From Angustibacter luteus (lineage in GTDB: Bacteria > Actinomycetota > Actinomycetes > Actinomycetales > Angustibacteraceae), in the NCBI RefSeq assembly GCF_039541115.1, contig NZ_BAABFP010000002.1, positions 682,001 through 746,000 on the forward strand: a stretch of DNA of 64,000 nt, in the 5' to 3' direction. The position numbers and the translations under genes are program-made. The notes under the pieces were generated by a model. It made no database searches. It was given only the letters and a program-made list of their open reading frames with translations, and was not told the DNA's origin. Numbering within the stretch: the stretch's first letter is position 1; the number at the start of each line of letters is the position of its first letter. Below are positions 19,613 through 30,146 of the stretch, piece after piece.

Positions 19613-20871
19613 TCGGTCACCACTCCCTGGATGTAGTCCGCCGCGTGCCGGGCCCGCTCGCGCAGGTCGGCCAGGTCGTCCCCGCACACCGTCACGTGCC
19701 CGATCTTGCGTCCGGGCCGCACCGACTTGCCGTACAGGTGCACCTTGAGCGACGGGTCGTGCGCGAGCACGTGCTGGTACGTCGTGTACAGGTCCGGGTA
19801 GTCGCCCCCGAGCACGTTGGCCATCACGGTCCACCGGGCGCGCGGGCGGGTGTCGCCGAGCGGCAGGTCGAGGACGGCGCGCAGGTGCTGCTCGAACTGG
19901 CTGGTCACCGAGCCGTCGATCGTCCAGTGCCCGCTGTTGTGCGGGCGCATCGCGAGCTCGTTCACGACGAAGCCCGCCCCCTCCCCCTCGTGATCATGCA
20001 CGTTCGCCCCCGCGGGCCCGCCATCCCGGGGCGAACGTGCATGATCACCGGGGGAGGGGTGGAGCTCGAACAGCTCGACCGCGAGGACGCCGGTGACGTC
20101 GAGCTCACCCGCGATCCGCAGCGCCGCCTCGGTCGCGGCGGCCGCCATCGCCGGCGACAGGCCCGGTGCCGGCGCGATGACCTCGGTGCAGATCCCGTCC
20201 TCCTGCACCGTCTCGACCACCGGCCACGCCGCGGCCTGACCCATCGGGCTGCGCGCCACCAGCACGGCCAGCTCGCGACGGAAGGCGACCTTCTCCTCCG
20301 CGAGCAACGCCTCGCCGGCATCGAGGCGGCCCAGCCAGTCCGCGGCGTCGTCCAGCGAGTCGGCGACGAGCACGCCCTTGCCGTCGTAGCCACCGCGGGG
20401 GGTCTTGACCACCAGCGGCCAGCCCACCTCGTCACCGAACGCGGCGAGCTCGCCCGCGTCGTGCACCGCGGCCCACCGCGGGCAGGGCACCCCGATGGCG
20501 GCGAGCCGCTCGCGCATGACCAGCTTGTCCTGGGCGTGCACGAGCGCGGCCGCACTGGGCCGGATCGTCGCGCCGCCGGCCTCCAGGGCCTGCAGGTGCT
20601 CCGGCGGCACGTGCTCGTGGTCGAAGGTGACGACGTCGCAGTCGGCGGCCAGCCGTTGCAGGGCGGTCAGGTCGGTGTGCAGGCCGGGCGGCGTCTGGGC
20701 CGCGACGAGGGCGGCGCTCGCGTCCGGCGCCTCGCTGAGCACCCGCAACCCCAGGCTGAGAGCGGTCGCCGGGGCCAGCATCATCCGGGCCAGCTGTCCC
20801 GCGCCCACGACCCCCACGAGCGGGAACCCACCAGGGTGGTGGACGGCGTCCGGGGAGCGTTCGTGGTCCAC
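19609..20871 (-). CDS. purK: N5-CAIR synthase (ATP-grasp) carrying an in-frame palindrome-derived insert
   Basis: [45 protein letters not shown]; extra segment [28 protein letters not shown]. Confidence 0.95.
   Translation of the reverse strand: MDHERSPDAVHHPGGFPLVGVVGAGQLARMMLAPATALSLGLRVLSEAPDASAALVAAQTPPGLHTDLTALQRLAADCDVVTFDHEHVPPEHLQALEAGGATIRPSAAALVHAQDKLVMRERLAAIGVPCPRWAAVHDAGELAAFGDEVGWPLVVKTPRGGYDGKGVLVADSLDDAADWLGRLDAGEALLAEEKVAFRRELAVLVARSPMGQAAAWPVVETVQEDGICTEVIAPAPGLSPAMAAAATEAALRIAGELDVTGVLAVELFELHPSPGDHARSPRDGGPAGANVHDHEGEGAGFVVNELAMRPHNSGHWTIDGSVTSQFEQHLRAVLDLPLGDTRPRARWTVMANVLGGDYPDLYTTYQHVLAHDPSLKVHLYGKSVRPGRKIGHVTVCGDDLADLRERARHAADYIQGVVTE
19977..20059. repeat. REP/MITE-like palindrome, family A copy 2, inside purK
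   Basis: Perfect 21-bp inverted repeat GTGATCATGCACGTTCGCCCC (19990-20010 / 20028-20048), identical to copy 1 core, with CCCCTCCCCC / GGGGGAGGGG outer arms. Confidence 0.92.
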
Positions 20872-20978
20872 GACGGCGAGCCTAGCCGGGCGTGCCGCTC
20901 CCAGCGGACGGGGTTACCCTGACCAGCGCGCGGGCGACCAGGCTCCGCGCCCCAGTCGTCGCCCCACCGGAGCCGTTC

Positions 20979-21524
20979 GTGTCCCACGCCCCCTCGCTCA
21001 TCGACCGCGCACGCGGCGCGATGGACGTCGTCGTCCGGGAGATGATCAAGTTCGGCGCCGTCGGCGCGCTGGCGTTCGTGGTGGACGTCGGCGTGTTCAA
21101 CCTGCTGCGCTACGGGCTCGGCGACGGCGGCCCGCTGGAGAGCAAGCCGATCACCGCGAAGATCATCTCGGCCACCTGCGCCACCGTCGTCGCGTGGATC
21201 GGCAACCGGCTCTGGACGTTCCGGCACCGCGGCCGGCTCAAGGCGCACCACGAGTTCGCGCTGTTCGTCGCGTTCAACGTGATCGGCATGCTGATCTCGG
21301 TGGCCTGCCTGTGGTTCAGCCACTACGTCCTGGACTTCACGACCGCCCGGGACGACAACATCTCCGCCAACGGCGTCGGCCTGCTGCTCGGCACGCTGTT
21401 CCGCTTCTGGGCCTACCGCACGTTCGTGTTCAAGTCCGAGCTCGCGGACGACGAGGTGCTCGGCCTGCACAAGCACCCGCACCCCGCCACGGACGAGCAC
21501 CAGCCCGCCTCGCCCCCCGCCTGA
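20979..21524 (+). CDS. GtrA-family membrane protein
   Basis: REMIKFGAVG, WIGNRLWTF, FRFWAYRTFVF; divergent from purK as in other actinobacteria. Confidence 0.9.
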   Translation: MSHAPSLIDRARGAMDVVVREMIKFGAVGALAFVVDVGVFNLLRYGLGDGGPLESKPITAKIISATCATVVAWIGNRLWTFRHRGRLKAHHEFALFVAFNVIGMLISVACLWFSHYVLDFTTARDDNISANGVGLLLGTLFRFWAYRTFVFKSELADDEVLGLHKHPHPATDEHQPASPPA

Positions 21525-21541
21525 CCCCCGCCCACCTTTCT

Positions 21542-21659
21542 TGTCGCGGCGCAACGCCACTCCACTAGGTATGGAGTAACGGCACGCAGTCGCAACCAGC
21601 GCTGGTTGGGACTGCGTGCCGTTACTCCAATAGGTTCGTAGCTGCGTTGCGCCGCGACA
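21542..21659. repeat. 118-bp symmetric palindrome (family C), intergenic between convergent genes
   Basis: Inner 29-bp arms 21572-21600/21601-21629 with one mismatch and no loop; 14-nt symmetric bubble; outer perfect 16-bp arms 21542-21557/21644-21659. Confidence 0.9.
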
Positions 21660-21678
21660 CCCACAGGGCCGGCTGGGG

Positions 21679-22917
21679 TTAGTCGACGGCGCTGAGGAAG
21701 ACCGCGAACACGGGCGGGCGAGCCCGCACCAGCTCGAGGCGCCCGCCGTCCGCCTCGGCGAGGTCCCGGGCCAGCGCCAGCCCCAGCCCGGTGCTGCCGC
21801 TGCTGCTCACGCTGCGCTCGAACACCCGCGAGCCGAGCTCGGGGGGCACCCCCTCCCCCTCGTCCGTGACCTCCACCACGACCGAGCGACCCGTGTGCCG
21901 GGCGGTGATCGATACCGTGCCGCGCCCGTGCTGCAGGCTGTTCTCCACCAGCGTCGCGAGCACCTGCGAGAACGCCCCCGGGGTGGCGACCACGGACACC
22001 GGCTCCACCGGGTGCAGCACCAGCCGGCGGCGGCGCTCGCGGAAGGCCGGCGTCCACTCCTCGATCTGCTGCTCCAGGATCTGCACCAGGTTCACCGACG
22101 TCACCGTGGTGCGCCGCTGCAGCCGCGAGCGGGCGAGCAGGCTGTCGACCACCTGGGTCAGCCGCTCGACCTGGTTGAGCGCGACGCGGGCCTCCTCGTG
22201 GACCTCGTCGACCTCCTCGCTGGTGGCGATCTCCTCCAGCCGCATGGACAGGGCGGTCAGCGGCGTGCGCAGCTGGTGGCTGGCGTCGGAGGCGAACTCG
22301 CGCTCCGCCGCCAGCGCCGCCGCCATGGACGCCGCGCTGCGCTCCAGCCCGGCGGCCACCCGGTCGAGCTCGGGGACGCCGCTGCTGACCGGCCGCAGCC
22401 GGGACTCGCCCCGCCCGAGCCGGTCGGCGTTGTCCGCCAGGACGGCGAGCGGCTCGACCAGCCGGCGTGCCTGCCAGGTCGCCGACAGGGCGGCGACCGC
22501 GAACGCGACCACGGACAACGCCAGGATGCCCAGGCCGAGCTCGGCGATCTGCAGGTTCACCCGGGTCCGGCTGACCTCCACCACCACGACGGTGTCCCCG
22601 CCGCTGCTCGCGGCCCGCACGAGGTCACCGGCGATGGGCGTGCCGACGTCCAGCACACCCTCGCTCGAGGAGACCCGGGCGTGCAGGTGCCCGCCGTTGC
22701 GGCCCTCTGCGAGCTCGGCCTCGATCTGCGCCCCGAGCTCGGGGAGCGGAGCGTCCCCGCGCTCCACCAGCATCTGCACGTCCGAGGCGCGACGGCTCAG
22801 GTCCGACGTGGTCTGCCGGAACACCGACCAGGCGCCGAGCCCGACCAGCGGTGCACCGACCAGCAGGACGCCGACGGCGGCGGCGATCAGGGACGAGCGG
22901 AGCAGCCGGGCACGCAC
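21679..22917 (-). CDS. Two-component sensor histidine kinase (HAMP-HisKA-HATPase)
   Basis: Two TM segments, DASHQLRTPLT H-box, LVENSLQHG, DEGEGV, STGLGLA. Confidence 0.93.
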   Translation of the reverse strand: MRARLLRSSLIAAAVGVLLVGAPLVGLGAWSVFRQTTSDLSRRASDVQMLVERGDAPLPELGAQIEAELAEGRNGGHLHARVSSSEGVLDVGTPIAGDLVRAASSGGDTVVVVEVSRTRVNLQIAELGLGILALSVVAFAVAALSATWQARRLVEPLAVLADNADRLGRGESRLRPVSSGVPELDRVAAGLERSAASMAAALAAEREFASDASHQLRTPLTALSMRLEEIATSEEVDEVHEEARVALNQVERLTQVVDSLLARSRLQRRTTVTSVNLVQILEQQIEEWTPAFRERRRRLVLHPVEPVSVVATPGAFSQVLATLVENSLQHGRGTVSITARHTGRSVVVEVTDEGEGVPPELGSRVFERSVSSSGSTGLGLALARDLAEADGGRLELVRARPPVFAVFLSAVD

Positions 22918-22926
22918 CGCCGCTGC

Positions 22927-23595
22927 TCAGGCGTCCCGCTCGAACCGGAACCCGACGCCGCGCACCGTCGCGATGAACCGCGGCTGACCCGCCTCGTCGC
23001 CGAGCTTGCGGCGAAGCCAGGACACGTGCATGTCGAGCGTCTTGGTCGAGCCGTACCAGTCGGCGTCCCAGACCTCGCGCATGAGCTGCTCGCGGGGCAC
23101 CACCCGGCCGGCCTCGCGCACCAGAACGCGGAGCAGGTCGAACTCCTTGGCAGTCAGCTGCAGCTCGGTGTCGTCCAGAAAGGCCTGCCGTGCCTCGGCG
23201 TCGATCCGTACCCGCGGTGTCGGCTCGGACTCGTGGCCGCCGCGGCGCAGCAGGGCGCGGGCCCGGGCGAGCAGCTCGGCGAGCCGAAACGGTTTGGTGA
23301 CGTAGTCGTCGGCCCCGGCGTCCAGCCCCACGACGGTGTCGACCTCGTCGGCACGGGCCGTCAGCACCAGCACCGGGACGTCGCTGCCGGAGGCGCGGAT
23401 CTCGCGGCACACGTCCAGGCCGTCCATCCCCGGCAGGCCGAGGTCGAGGACGACGAGGTCGACGTCCTCACGGGCCCCGGCCAGCGCACTGGGGCCGTCG
23501 GCGCGGACGTCGACCTCGTACCCCTCGCGGCGCAGGGCGCGGGCCAGCGGCTCGGCGATCGAGGCGTCGTCCTCGGCGAGCAGCACCCGGGTCAT
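22927..23595 (-). CDS. OmpR-family response regulator
   Basis: LLAEDD, VLDLGLPGMDG, GADDYVTKPF, LTAKEFDLL, TVRGVGFR. Confidence 0.95.
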   Translation of the reverse strand: MTRVLLAEDDASIAEPLARALRREGYEVDVRADGPSALAGAREDVDLVVLDLGLPGMDGLDVCREIRASGSDVPVLVLTARADEVDTVVGLDAGADDYVTKPFRLAELLARARALLRRGGHESEPTPRVRIDAEARQAFLDDTELQLTAKEFDLLRVLVREAGRVVPREQLMREVWDADWYGSTKTLDMHVSWLRRKLGDEAGQPRFIATVRGVGFRFERDA

Positions 23596-23663
23596 GGGCG
23601 TCATCGTAGGGCCAGCGGACACCGGCGTCCGGTGGTCGCTATGAGCAGTTTCCACCAACCGCT

Positions 23664-24479
23664 TCAGGCGTCTCCGGGCCACACCGGCGGACGGCGCTCC
23701 GCGAACGCCCGGACGCCCTCGGCGCGGTCCGGCGAGAAGGCCGTGGCACGCCACGCGGAGTCCTCGACGGCCAGCCCGGTGGCCAGGTCGACGTCCAGCC
23801 CGAGGCGCATCGCGCGCTTCGCCTGGCGGAGCCCCACGGGCGAGTTGGCGGCGATGGCGGTGGCGATCTCGATCGCGGCATCGCGGGCCGTGCCGGCCGG
23901 GACGACGCGGTCCACGCAGCCGTGCGCGAGCGCCTCGGCCGCCGTGAGCCGGCGGGCGGTGAACACCAGGTCCGCGGCGCGTGACCAGCCGACCCGGCGG
24001 GTGAGCAGCTGCGTGCCGCCACCGCCCGGGATGACGCCGACGCTGACCTCCGGCAGCCCGACCACCGCGGTGTCGTCCGCCACGACCAGGTCGCAGGACA
24101 GGGCGATCTCGAACCCGCCGCCCAGCGCGTAGCCGTGCACGGCCGCCACCACCGGCATGGGCAGGTCCAGGACGCCGCGGTAGGCCGCCGCCGTCGTCGG
24201 CCGCTGTGCGATCAGGTCGGCGTCGCTGAAACCGTTGCGCTCCTTGAGGTCCGCCCCCACGCAGAACGCCTTCTCGGCCGAGCTGCTGACCACCACGGCG
24301 CGGGTGCCGCGCGTGGCGGCGAGCGCGGACGTCGCCTCGACCAGGTCGCGGGCCATCGCGGTGGACACCGCGTTCAGCGCCTCGGGACGGTTGAGCACGA
24401 GCTCGACGACGTGCTCACCCACGGCGCGCAGGGTCACGTGCTCCAGCTCGATCAGGTCATCGCTCGGTTCAGGGGTCAC
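23664..24479 (-). CDS. Enoyl-CoA hydratase/isomerase family protein
   Basis: LNRPEALNA, FCVGADLKE, ALGGGFEIALSCD, LPEVSVGVIPGGGGTQ. Confidence 0.93.
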   Translation of the reverse strand: MTPEPSDDLIELEHVTLRAVGEHVVELVLNRPEALNAVSTAMARDLVEATSALAATRGTRAVVVSSSAEKAFCVGADLKERNGFSDADLIAQRPTTAAAYRGVLDLPMPVVAAVHGYALGGGFEIALSCDLVVADDTAVVGLPEVSVGVIPGGGGTQLLTRRVGWSRAADLVFTARRLTAAEALAHGCVDRVVPAGTARDAAIEIATAIAANSPVGLRQAKRAMRLGLDVDLATGLAVEDSAWRATAFSPDRAEGVRAFAERRPPVWPGDA

Positions 24480-24488
24480 GGCTGCACG

Positions 24489-25577
24489 CTATCGCCGCCG
24501 CAGCACCCAGGGGACGACGTGGCCGATGCCGCGCAGCGAGCGCCCGCGCAGCTGCTGCACCTCGACGTCCTCGAGGTCGGCGAGCGAGTGCACGGTCGCG
24601 ACGTCCACCAGGACGGTGCCCGGGCGGGCCAGCGCGGTCAGCCGGCTGGCCCGGTTCACGGTGGTGCCGAAGACGTCGCCGAGGCGGCCGACGACCGGTC
24701 CGGTGGCCATCCCGACCCGGACGTCGGGCAGCAGGTCGTCGTTGCTGATCTCCTCCGCCACACCGAGCGCGATCGCCGCGGCGCGGGCCCCGGGGCGGGC
24801 GACGAACAGCACCTCGTCGCCGACCGTCTTGACCACCCGACCGCCGTGCGCGGTGACCACGTCGGAGGCCACGGCCTCGAACCGCTGCACCATCGCGGCC
24901 AGCTCGCGCTCCGTCAGCCGGCGCACGACCCGGGTGAACGAGACGAGGTCGGCGAACCCGACGGCGCGCACGGTGGCCGCGACGTCGTGGTCGTGGCTGG
25001 GGTCGTCGTGGTCCTCGCCCGGGGCGGCGTCGCCGGGCCCCAGCGCCGGGTCGACCGCGAGCTCGGCCTCGGACTCGCTGTCCGCCAGGATCCGGGCCAG
25101 CGCGGACGCGGCCTGCCGGCGCCAGGCGTAGGCGACCAGCGGCTCGAGCTGGTCCGCGATCTGGGTGAACAGCTCGGCCGTCCGCCGGGCCGCGGCGCGG
25201 TCCGGGGTGGCGGCGGGCGCGGACAGCTCGTCCAGTCCCTGCACGTACTCGGCGAGCAGCTGGACCTGCCAGGTGGCCAGCCGGTCCACCGAACGGCCGA
25301 TGGCCCGGGTCATGCCGAGCGCCGTCGCCTCGTCCATCAGGCCGTCGCGGACCAGCCCGGTCACCGCGCGCAGGGCGACGACGTCGTGCTCGGTGAACGC
25401 CTCGTCCTCGTCGTCGACGATGGGGAAGCCCAGCGCCCGCCAGAACTTGCGGGCCGACAACAGGGACACCCCGGCGGCCTGGCTGGCCTGGCGCCGGCGC
25501 AGGGTGCGCGGTGCGCCGAGCAGGCTCTCGTCGTCCGGCGCCGCCGGCGAGGACGGTGGCGCCGGCTCGTCAGGCAT
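24489..25577 (-). CDS. Class III adenylate cyclase with N-terminal regulatory domain (Rv1264-like)
   Basis: FWRALGFP N-terminal motif; FADLVSFT, VKTVGDEV, GDVFGTTVNRASRL (metal-binding Asp pair, Lys/Asp specificity, Asn/Arg present). Confidence 0.9.
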   Translation of the reverse strand: MPDEPAPPSSPAAPDDESLLGAPRTLRRRQASQAAGVSLLSARKFWRALGFPIVDDEDEAFTEHDVVALRAVTGLVRDGLMDEATALGMTRAIGRSVDRLATWQVQLLAEYVQGLDELSAPAATPDRAAARRTAELFTQIADQLEPLVAYAWRRQAASALARILADSESEAELAVDPALGPGDAAPGEDHDDPSHDHDVAATVRAVGFADLVSFTRVVRRLTERELAAMVQRFEAVASDVVTAHGGRVVKTVGDEVLFVARPGARAAAIALGVAEEISNDDLLPDVRVGMATGPVVGRLGDVFGTTVNRASRLTALARPGTVLVDVATVHSLADLEDVEVQQLRGRSLRGIGHVVPWVLRRR

Positions 25578-26097
25578 CGTGCCGGTCGTGCAGCCCGCCG
25601 TCGTCGCGGGCGGCGAGCGCGTCGTCCGCCAGCTCGTAGAGCCGCCGCTGCACCATCTCGACGCCGGGGACGTCGCGCAGCAGCAGCTGGCCGCGCTCAC
25701 CGGCGGACTCGACGACCAGCGTCCCGCAGCCCAGCACCCGCTCGATCACGGTGTGCGAGAACGAGATGTCGTTGATCCGGGTCAGCGGCATGTCCCGACC
25801 GTTGCGGGCGATCAGGCCGTGCCGGGTGATCAGCCGCCGGTCGGTCACGATGTAGTGCGTGGTGGCCCACCGGATCACGTGCCGCAACGTCCCGAGGAAC
25901 AGCAGGATCGCCGCGACCACGATGATCCCCACCCGCAGACCGGTCTGCGACGTGCCCTCGGGCACCCGGGCGGTCAGGTAGGACGCCACCGGGACGATGA
26001 CCAGCAGCACCAGCACCGGGACGACCAGCGTCTTCCAGTGCGGGTGCAGGTCGAGCTCGACGTGCTCGTCGTCAGACAGCAGGCGCGCGTAGGACAT
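25570..26097 (-). CDS. Bacterial PH-domain membrane protein (bPH_2)
   Basis: HPHWK, two TMs, WATTHYIVTDRR, ERVLGCGTLVVESAGE. Confidence 0.88.
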   Translation of the reverse strand: MSYARLLSDDEHVELDLHPHWKTLVVPVLVLLVIVPVASYLTARVPEGTSQTGLRVGIIVVAAILLFLGTLRHVIRWATTHYIVTDRRLITRHGLIARNGRDMPLTRINDISFSHTVIERVLGCGTLVVESAGERGQLLLRDVPGVEMVQRRLYELADDALAARDDGGLHDRHDA

Positions 26098-26104
26098 GCG
26101 TGCA

Positions 26105-26956
26105 TCATGCCGTGTCGGGGGCTCGCTCGGGACGCACGTGGACGACGTCACCGGCGGCGAGCGCCTGGACCGGCCCGCCGTCGGGCCACACCAGCAGCCG
26201 ACCCTCGTCGTCCACCCCCTCGGCGACGCCCTCCAGCACGTTCGACCCGGGCAGCTCGACCCGGACCTGCTGGCCGATCGTCAGGCAGCGCTCGCGGTAG
26301 GCGGCCGCCACCCCGCTGCGCCGGGGGTCGCCGCCGGCCGCGGCCCACGCCTGGTAGCGGACGCCGACCGCGCGCAGCACCGCCCGCAGGACGGTGTCCC
26401 GGTCGGTCACGGCGGCGCCCTCGATCGCTAGCGACGTCGCGGTGGGCACGGGCAGCTCGTCAGCGCGCTGCAGGACGTTGAGGCCCACCCCGACCACGAT
26501 GCCCGCACCGGACGGGTGCTCCACCACCTCCGCGAGCACGCCGGACAGCTTGCGGTCGCCCACCAGGACGTCGTTCGGCCACTTCAGCCGGGCGTTCAGG
26601 CCGGCCACGTGGATGAGCGCGTCGCTGACCCCCAGCCCCACCGCGAGGGGCACCCAGGACCACAGCGCCCGGCTCACGCCGTCCGGACGCACGAAGAACG
26701 AGACGGCGACCGCCGAGCGCGGCGGTGTCGTCCAGGTGCGGTCGCGCCGGCCGCGCCCGGACTGCTGGTCGTCGGTGGTCAGCACCGCGCCGGGCCCGGC
26801 GCGGCCCGCCCGCACGGCGGCGGCCAGGTCGGCGTTGGTCGACCCGGTGGCCGGGACGACGTCCAGTGCCGTCCAGGGGGCGGTGAGCACAGCACGGCGC
26901 AGCGCGCCCTCCCGCAGCGGGGGGCGCGACAGGTCCCCCCAGGCCGTCCCGTCCAC
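26105..26956 (-). CDS. birA: Biotin--[acetyl-CoA-carboxylase] ligase
   Basis: [47 protein letters not shown]. Confidence 0.95.
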   Translation of the reverse strand: MDGTAWGDLSRPPLREGALRRAVLTAPWTALDVVPATGSTNADLAAAVRAGRAGPGAVLTTDDQQSGRGRRDRTWTTPPRSAVAVSFFVRPDGVSRALWSWVPLAVGLGVSDALIHVAGLNARLKWPNDVLVGDRKLSGVLAEVVEHPSGAGIVVGVGLNVLQRADELPVPTATSLAIEGAAVTDRDTVLRAVLRAVGVRYQAWAAAGGDPRRSGVAAAYRERCLTIGQQVRVELPGSNVLEGVAEGVDDEGRLLVWPDGGPVQALAAGDVVHVRPERAPDTA

Positions 26957-26989
26957 GCCCCCGAGCCTACGGGCACTACGCTGCGGTTC

Positions 26990-28642
26990 GTGCCTGACGA
27001 CGACGCCACCAGCGCGACCAACGCCGACGCCGCTGCGGTCCCGGCCGAGCCCGAGATCGACATCCACACCACGGCCGGCAAGCTCGCCGACCTGCACCGG
27101 CGCAACGACGAGGCCGTGCACGCCGGGTCGAAGCGGATGGTCGAGAAGCAGCACGCCAAGGGCAAGAAGACGGCGCGCGAGCGGGTCGACGTGCTGCTCG
27201 ACGAGGGCAGCTTCGTCGAGATGGACGAGCTGGCCCGGCACCGCTCCACGAACTTCGGCCAGCAGAAGAAGCGCCCGTACGGCGACGGCGTGATCACCGG
27301 TTACGGCACGGTGGACGGGCGGCCGGTCGCGGTGTTCAGCCAGGACGTGACGGTGTTCGGCGGCAGCCTGGGCGAGGTCTACGGCGAGAAGATCGTCAAG
27401 GTGCTCGACCTGGCGATGAAGCTCGGCTGCCCGGTCGTGGGCATCAACGAGGGCGGCGGCGCGCGCATTCAGGAGGGTGTGGTCTCGCTCGGCCTGTACG
27501 GCGAGATCTTCCAGCGGAACGTGCACGCCAGCGGGGTGATCCCGCAGATCTCGCTGATCATGGGCGCGGCCGCCGGCGGGCACGTCTACTCCCCCGCGCT
27601 GACCGACTTCGTGGTGATGGTCGACCAGACCTCGCAGATGTTCATCACCGGCCCCGACGTGATCAAGACCGTCACCGGCGAGGACGTCACGATGGAGGAC
27701 CTCGGCGGCGCGCGCACGCACAACACGCGCAGCGGCAACGCGCACTACATGGGCGCGGACGAGGACGACGCCATCGAGTACGTGAAGCAGCTGCTGTCGT
27801 ACCTGCCGAGCAACAACCTGGACGAGGCGCCGGTCTTCGACACCGACGTGGCGGCGGACGTGGCGGACGTGGCGGAGGAGGACTCGTTCCTCGACTCGTT
27901 CATCCCGGACTCGGCGAACCAGCCGTACGACATGCACACCGTGCTCGAGCACGTGCTGGACGACGGCGAGTTCTGCGAGGTGCACGCGCTGTTCGCACCG
28001 AACATCCTGGTCGGCTTCGGCCGGGTCGAGGGCCGGTCGGTGGGCATCGTGGCGAACCAGCCGATGCAGTTCGCCGGCACGCTGGACATCGACGCCTCCG
28101 AGAAGGCCGCCCGGTTCGTGCGCACCTGCGACGCGTTCAACGTGCCGGTGCTGACCTTCGTGGACGTGCCGGGCTTCCTGCCCGGCACCGACCAGGAGTG
28201 GAACGGCATCATCCGGCGCGGCGCCAAGCTCATCTACGCGTACGCCGAGGCCACCGTCCCGAAGATCACCGTGATCACCCGCAAGGCGTACGGCGGCGCG
28301 TACGACGTCATGGGGTCCAAGCACCTCGGCGCCGACATCAACCTGGCCTGGCCGACCGCGCAGATCGCGGTGATGGGCGCGCAGGGGGCGGCGAACATCG
28401 TGTACCGCGGCGAGCTCAAGGCGGTCGCCGACCGCGGTGAGGACGTCGACGCCGAGCGGCAGCGCCTGATCCGCGAGTACGAGGACACCCTGGCCAACCC
28501 CTACATCGCCGCCGAGCGCGGGTACGTCGACTCGGTCATCCCGCCGTCCTTCACCCGCTCGTACGTGATCAAGGCGCTGCGGGTGCTGCGGACCAAGCGC
28601 GAGACGCTACCGCCCAAGAAGCACGGGAACATCCCGCTGTGA
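26990..28642 (+). CDS. pccB: Acyl-CoA (propionyl-CoA) carboxylase carboxyltransferase beta subunit (AccD5/PccB-like)
   Basis: [34 protein letters not shown]-terminal KKHGNIPL. Confidence 0.93.
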   Translation: MPDDDATSATNADAAAVPAEPEIDIHTTAGKLADLHRRNDEAVHAGSKRMVEKQHAKGKKTARERVDVLLDEGSFVEMDELARHRSTNFGQQKKRPYGDGVITGYGTVDGRPVAVFSQDVTVFGGSLGEVYGEKIVKVLDLAMKLGCPVVGINEGGGARIQEGVVSLGLYGEIFQRNVHASGVIPQISLIMGAAAGGHVYSPALTDFVVMVDQTSQMFITGPDVIKTVTGEDVTMEDLGGARTHNTRSGNAHYMGADEDDAIEYVKQLLSYLPSNNLDEAPVFDTDVAADVADVAEEDSFLDSFIPDSANQPYDMHTVLEHVLDDGEFCEVHALFAPNILVGFGRVEGRSVGIVANQPMQFAGTLDIDASEKAARFVRTCDAFNVPVLTFVDVPGFLPGTDQEWNGIIRRGAKLIYAYAEATVPKITVITRKAYGGAYDVMGSKHLGADINLAWPTAQIAVMGAQGAANIVYRGELKAVADRGEDVDAERQRLIREYEDTLANPYIAAERGYVDSVIPPSFTRSYVIKALRVLRTKRETLPPKKHGNIPL

Positions 28643-28863
28643 GCGAGCAGCCCGAGCCCGCAGGCCTTGCGGTGCAGGTGATCCGCGGCGAGCCGACGGC
28701 CGAGGAGGTCGCGGCACTGGTCGTCGTCCTCTCGGCCGTGGCCGGGGGTTCGTCGGCCGGGGAGCCGCCGGCACCGACATCGCTGTGGGCCAGTGGCGCA
28801 CGGGCTCGGACGGCGCCGATGCCCGGTGCGGGCGCCTGGCGGGCCAGCGGCCTGCCGCGCTGA
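28639..28863 (+). CDS. Acyl-CoA carboxylase epsilon subunit
   Basis: [18 protein letters not shown] motif, W..SGLP C-terminus, GTGA overlap with beta subunit. Confidence 0.85.
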   Translation: MSEQPEPAGLAVQVIRGEPTAEEVAALVVVLSAVAGGSSAGEPPAPTSLWASGARARTAPMPGAGAWRASGLPR

Positions 28864-28883
28864 GCGAGCGCGGGGCGGTGCGG

Positions 28884-29990
28884 GTGACGACGGTGCACCA
28901 GCTGTCCCGGCAGGACGCCCGGCGGATCGCCGTCCGCGCCCAGCTGCTCGACGCCCGGCGCCCCACCGACCTGCAGGACGTCGTCCGGCACCTGACGCTG
29001 CTGCAGGTCGACCAGGTGCAGGCGGTGGCCCCCAGTGCCGACCTGGTGGCCTGGAGCCGACTCGGCTCGGGGTACGCACCGGCCGAGCTGCAGGCGGCGC
29101 TGGCCGCTCGTGTGCTGGTCGAGCTGCAGATGATGGTCCGCCCGGCGGAGGACCTGGCCTTCTACCTCGCCGACATGGCCGCCTGGGACGAGACGACGGG
29201 CCGCGGCGAGTGGGAGGCCGCGCACCGCGCGTGGCTGCAGGCGAACGACGCGTGCCGCCGCGACATCCTGCACCGGCTCGACGTGCACGGTCCGCACCGC
29301 GGGCGCGACCTGCCGGACACCTGCGTGCGGTCGTGGGGGTCGTCGGGCTGGAACAACAACCGCAACGTGGGCCGGTTGCTCGAGCTGATGGAGGCGCGCG
29401 GCGAGGTCGCGGTCAGCGGCCACGAGGGCCGGGACCGGCTGTGGGACCTGGCCGAGCGGGTGTACCCCGAGGTGGACGTGGTCCCGGCGGACGAGGCGCG
29501 GCGCACCCGGAACGAGCTGCGGCTGCGGTCGCTGGGGCTGGCCCGGGCCCGCGCCACGCAGACCTCGACCGAGCCGAACGACGTCGGCGAGGTGGGCGAG
29601 GTCGCGGTCGTCGAGGGCGTCCGCGGGCAGTGGCGGGTGGACCCGTCGCTGCTCGGTCAGCCGTTCGCCGGGCGCACCGCGCTGCTGTCACCGCTGGACC
29701 GGCTCGTCTACGACCGCAAGCGGATGGCCGAGCTGTTCGCGTTCGACTACCAGCTCGAGATGTACAAGCCTGCGGCGAAGCGACGCTGGGGCTACTACGC
29801 CCTGCCGGTGCTGCACGGCGACCGCCTGGTCGGCAAGGTCGATGCCACCACGGACCGCACGAAGGGGGTGCTGCGGGTCGACGCGATCCACGAGGACGAG
29901 CCGTTCGGCGAGGACGTCCGTGCCGCGGTGCGCGCCGAGCTCGAGGACCTCGCGCAGTGGCTCGAGCTGGACCCGGTCCTGCCGCGGTAG
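28884..29990 (+). CDS. AlkZ/YcaQ-family (HTH_42) DNA glycosylase, YcaQ-like QxD type
   Basis: LQVD...AWSRL, LLSPLDRLVYDR, FDYQLEMYKPAAKRRWGYYALPVL. Confidence 0.88.
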   Translation: MTTVHQLSRQDARRIAVRAQLLDARRPTDLQDVVRHLTLLQVDQVQAVAPSADLVAWSRLGSGYAPAELQAALAARVLVELQMMVRPAEDLAFYLADMAAWDETTGRGEWEAAHRAWLQANDACRRDILHRLDVHGPHRGRDLPDTCVRSWGSSGWNNNRNVGRLLELMEARGEVAVSGHEGRDRLWDLAERVYPEVDVVPADEARRTRNELRLRSLGLARARATQTSTEPNDVGEVGEVAVVEGVRGQWRVDPSLLGQPFAGRTALLSPLDRLVYDRKRMAELFAFDYQLEMYKPAAKRRWGYYALPVLHGDRLVGKVDATTDRTKGVLRVDAIHEDEPFGEDVRAAVRAELEDLAQWLELDPVLPR

Positions 29991-30049
29991 TGCGGCCCGA
30001 GGCCGCCGCGCACCTATGATCACGACCAACGACCTACCTGGAGGTGCCC

Positions 30050-30142
30050 GTGCACGGCTGGCTGTTGTGGGGACTCGTCCTACCCGTCCTGCTCGTCGTC
30101 GCAGGCGTGGTGACCATCCGGCGTCGCAAGGACCGTCGCTGA
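30050..30142 (+). CDS. Putative 30-aa single-pass membrane protein (not in ORF track)
   Basis: GGAGG at 30040-30044, GTG at 30050; MHGWLLWGLVLPVLLVVAGVVTIRRRKDRR*. Confidence 0.6.
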   Translation: MHGWLLWGLVLPVLLVVAGVVTIRRRKDRR

Positions 30143-30146
30143 CCCC

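Noticed and set aside
19609..20871. purK as pseudogene or intein/intron host
   Set aside because: Frame is open with all motifs; the insert is far too short and lacks intein terminal residues or intron structure.
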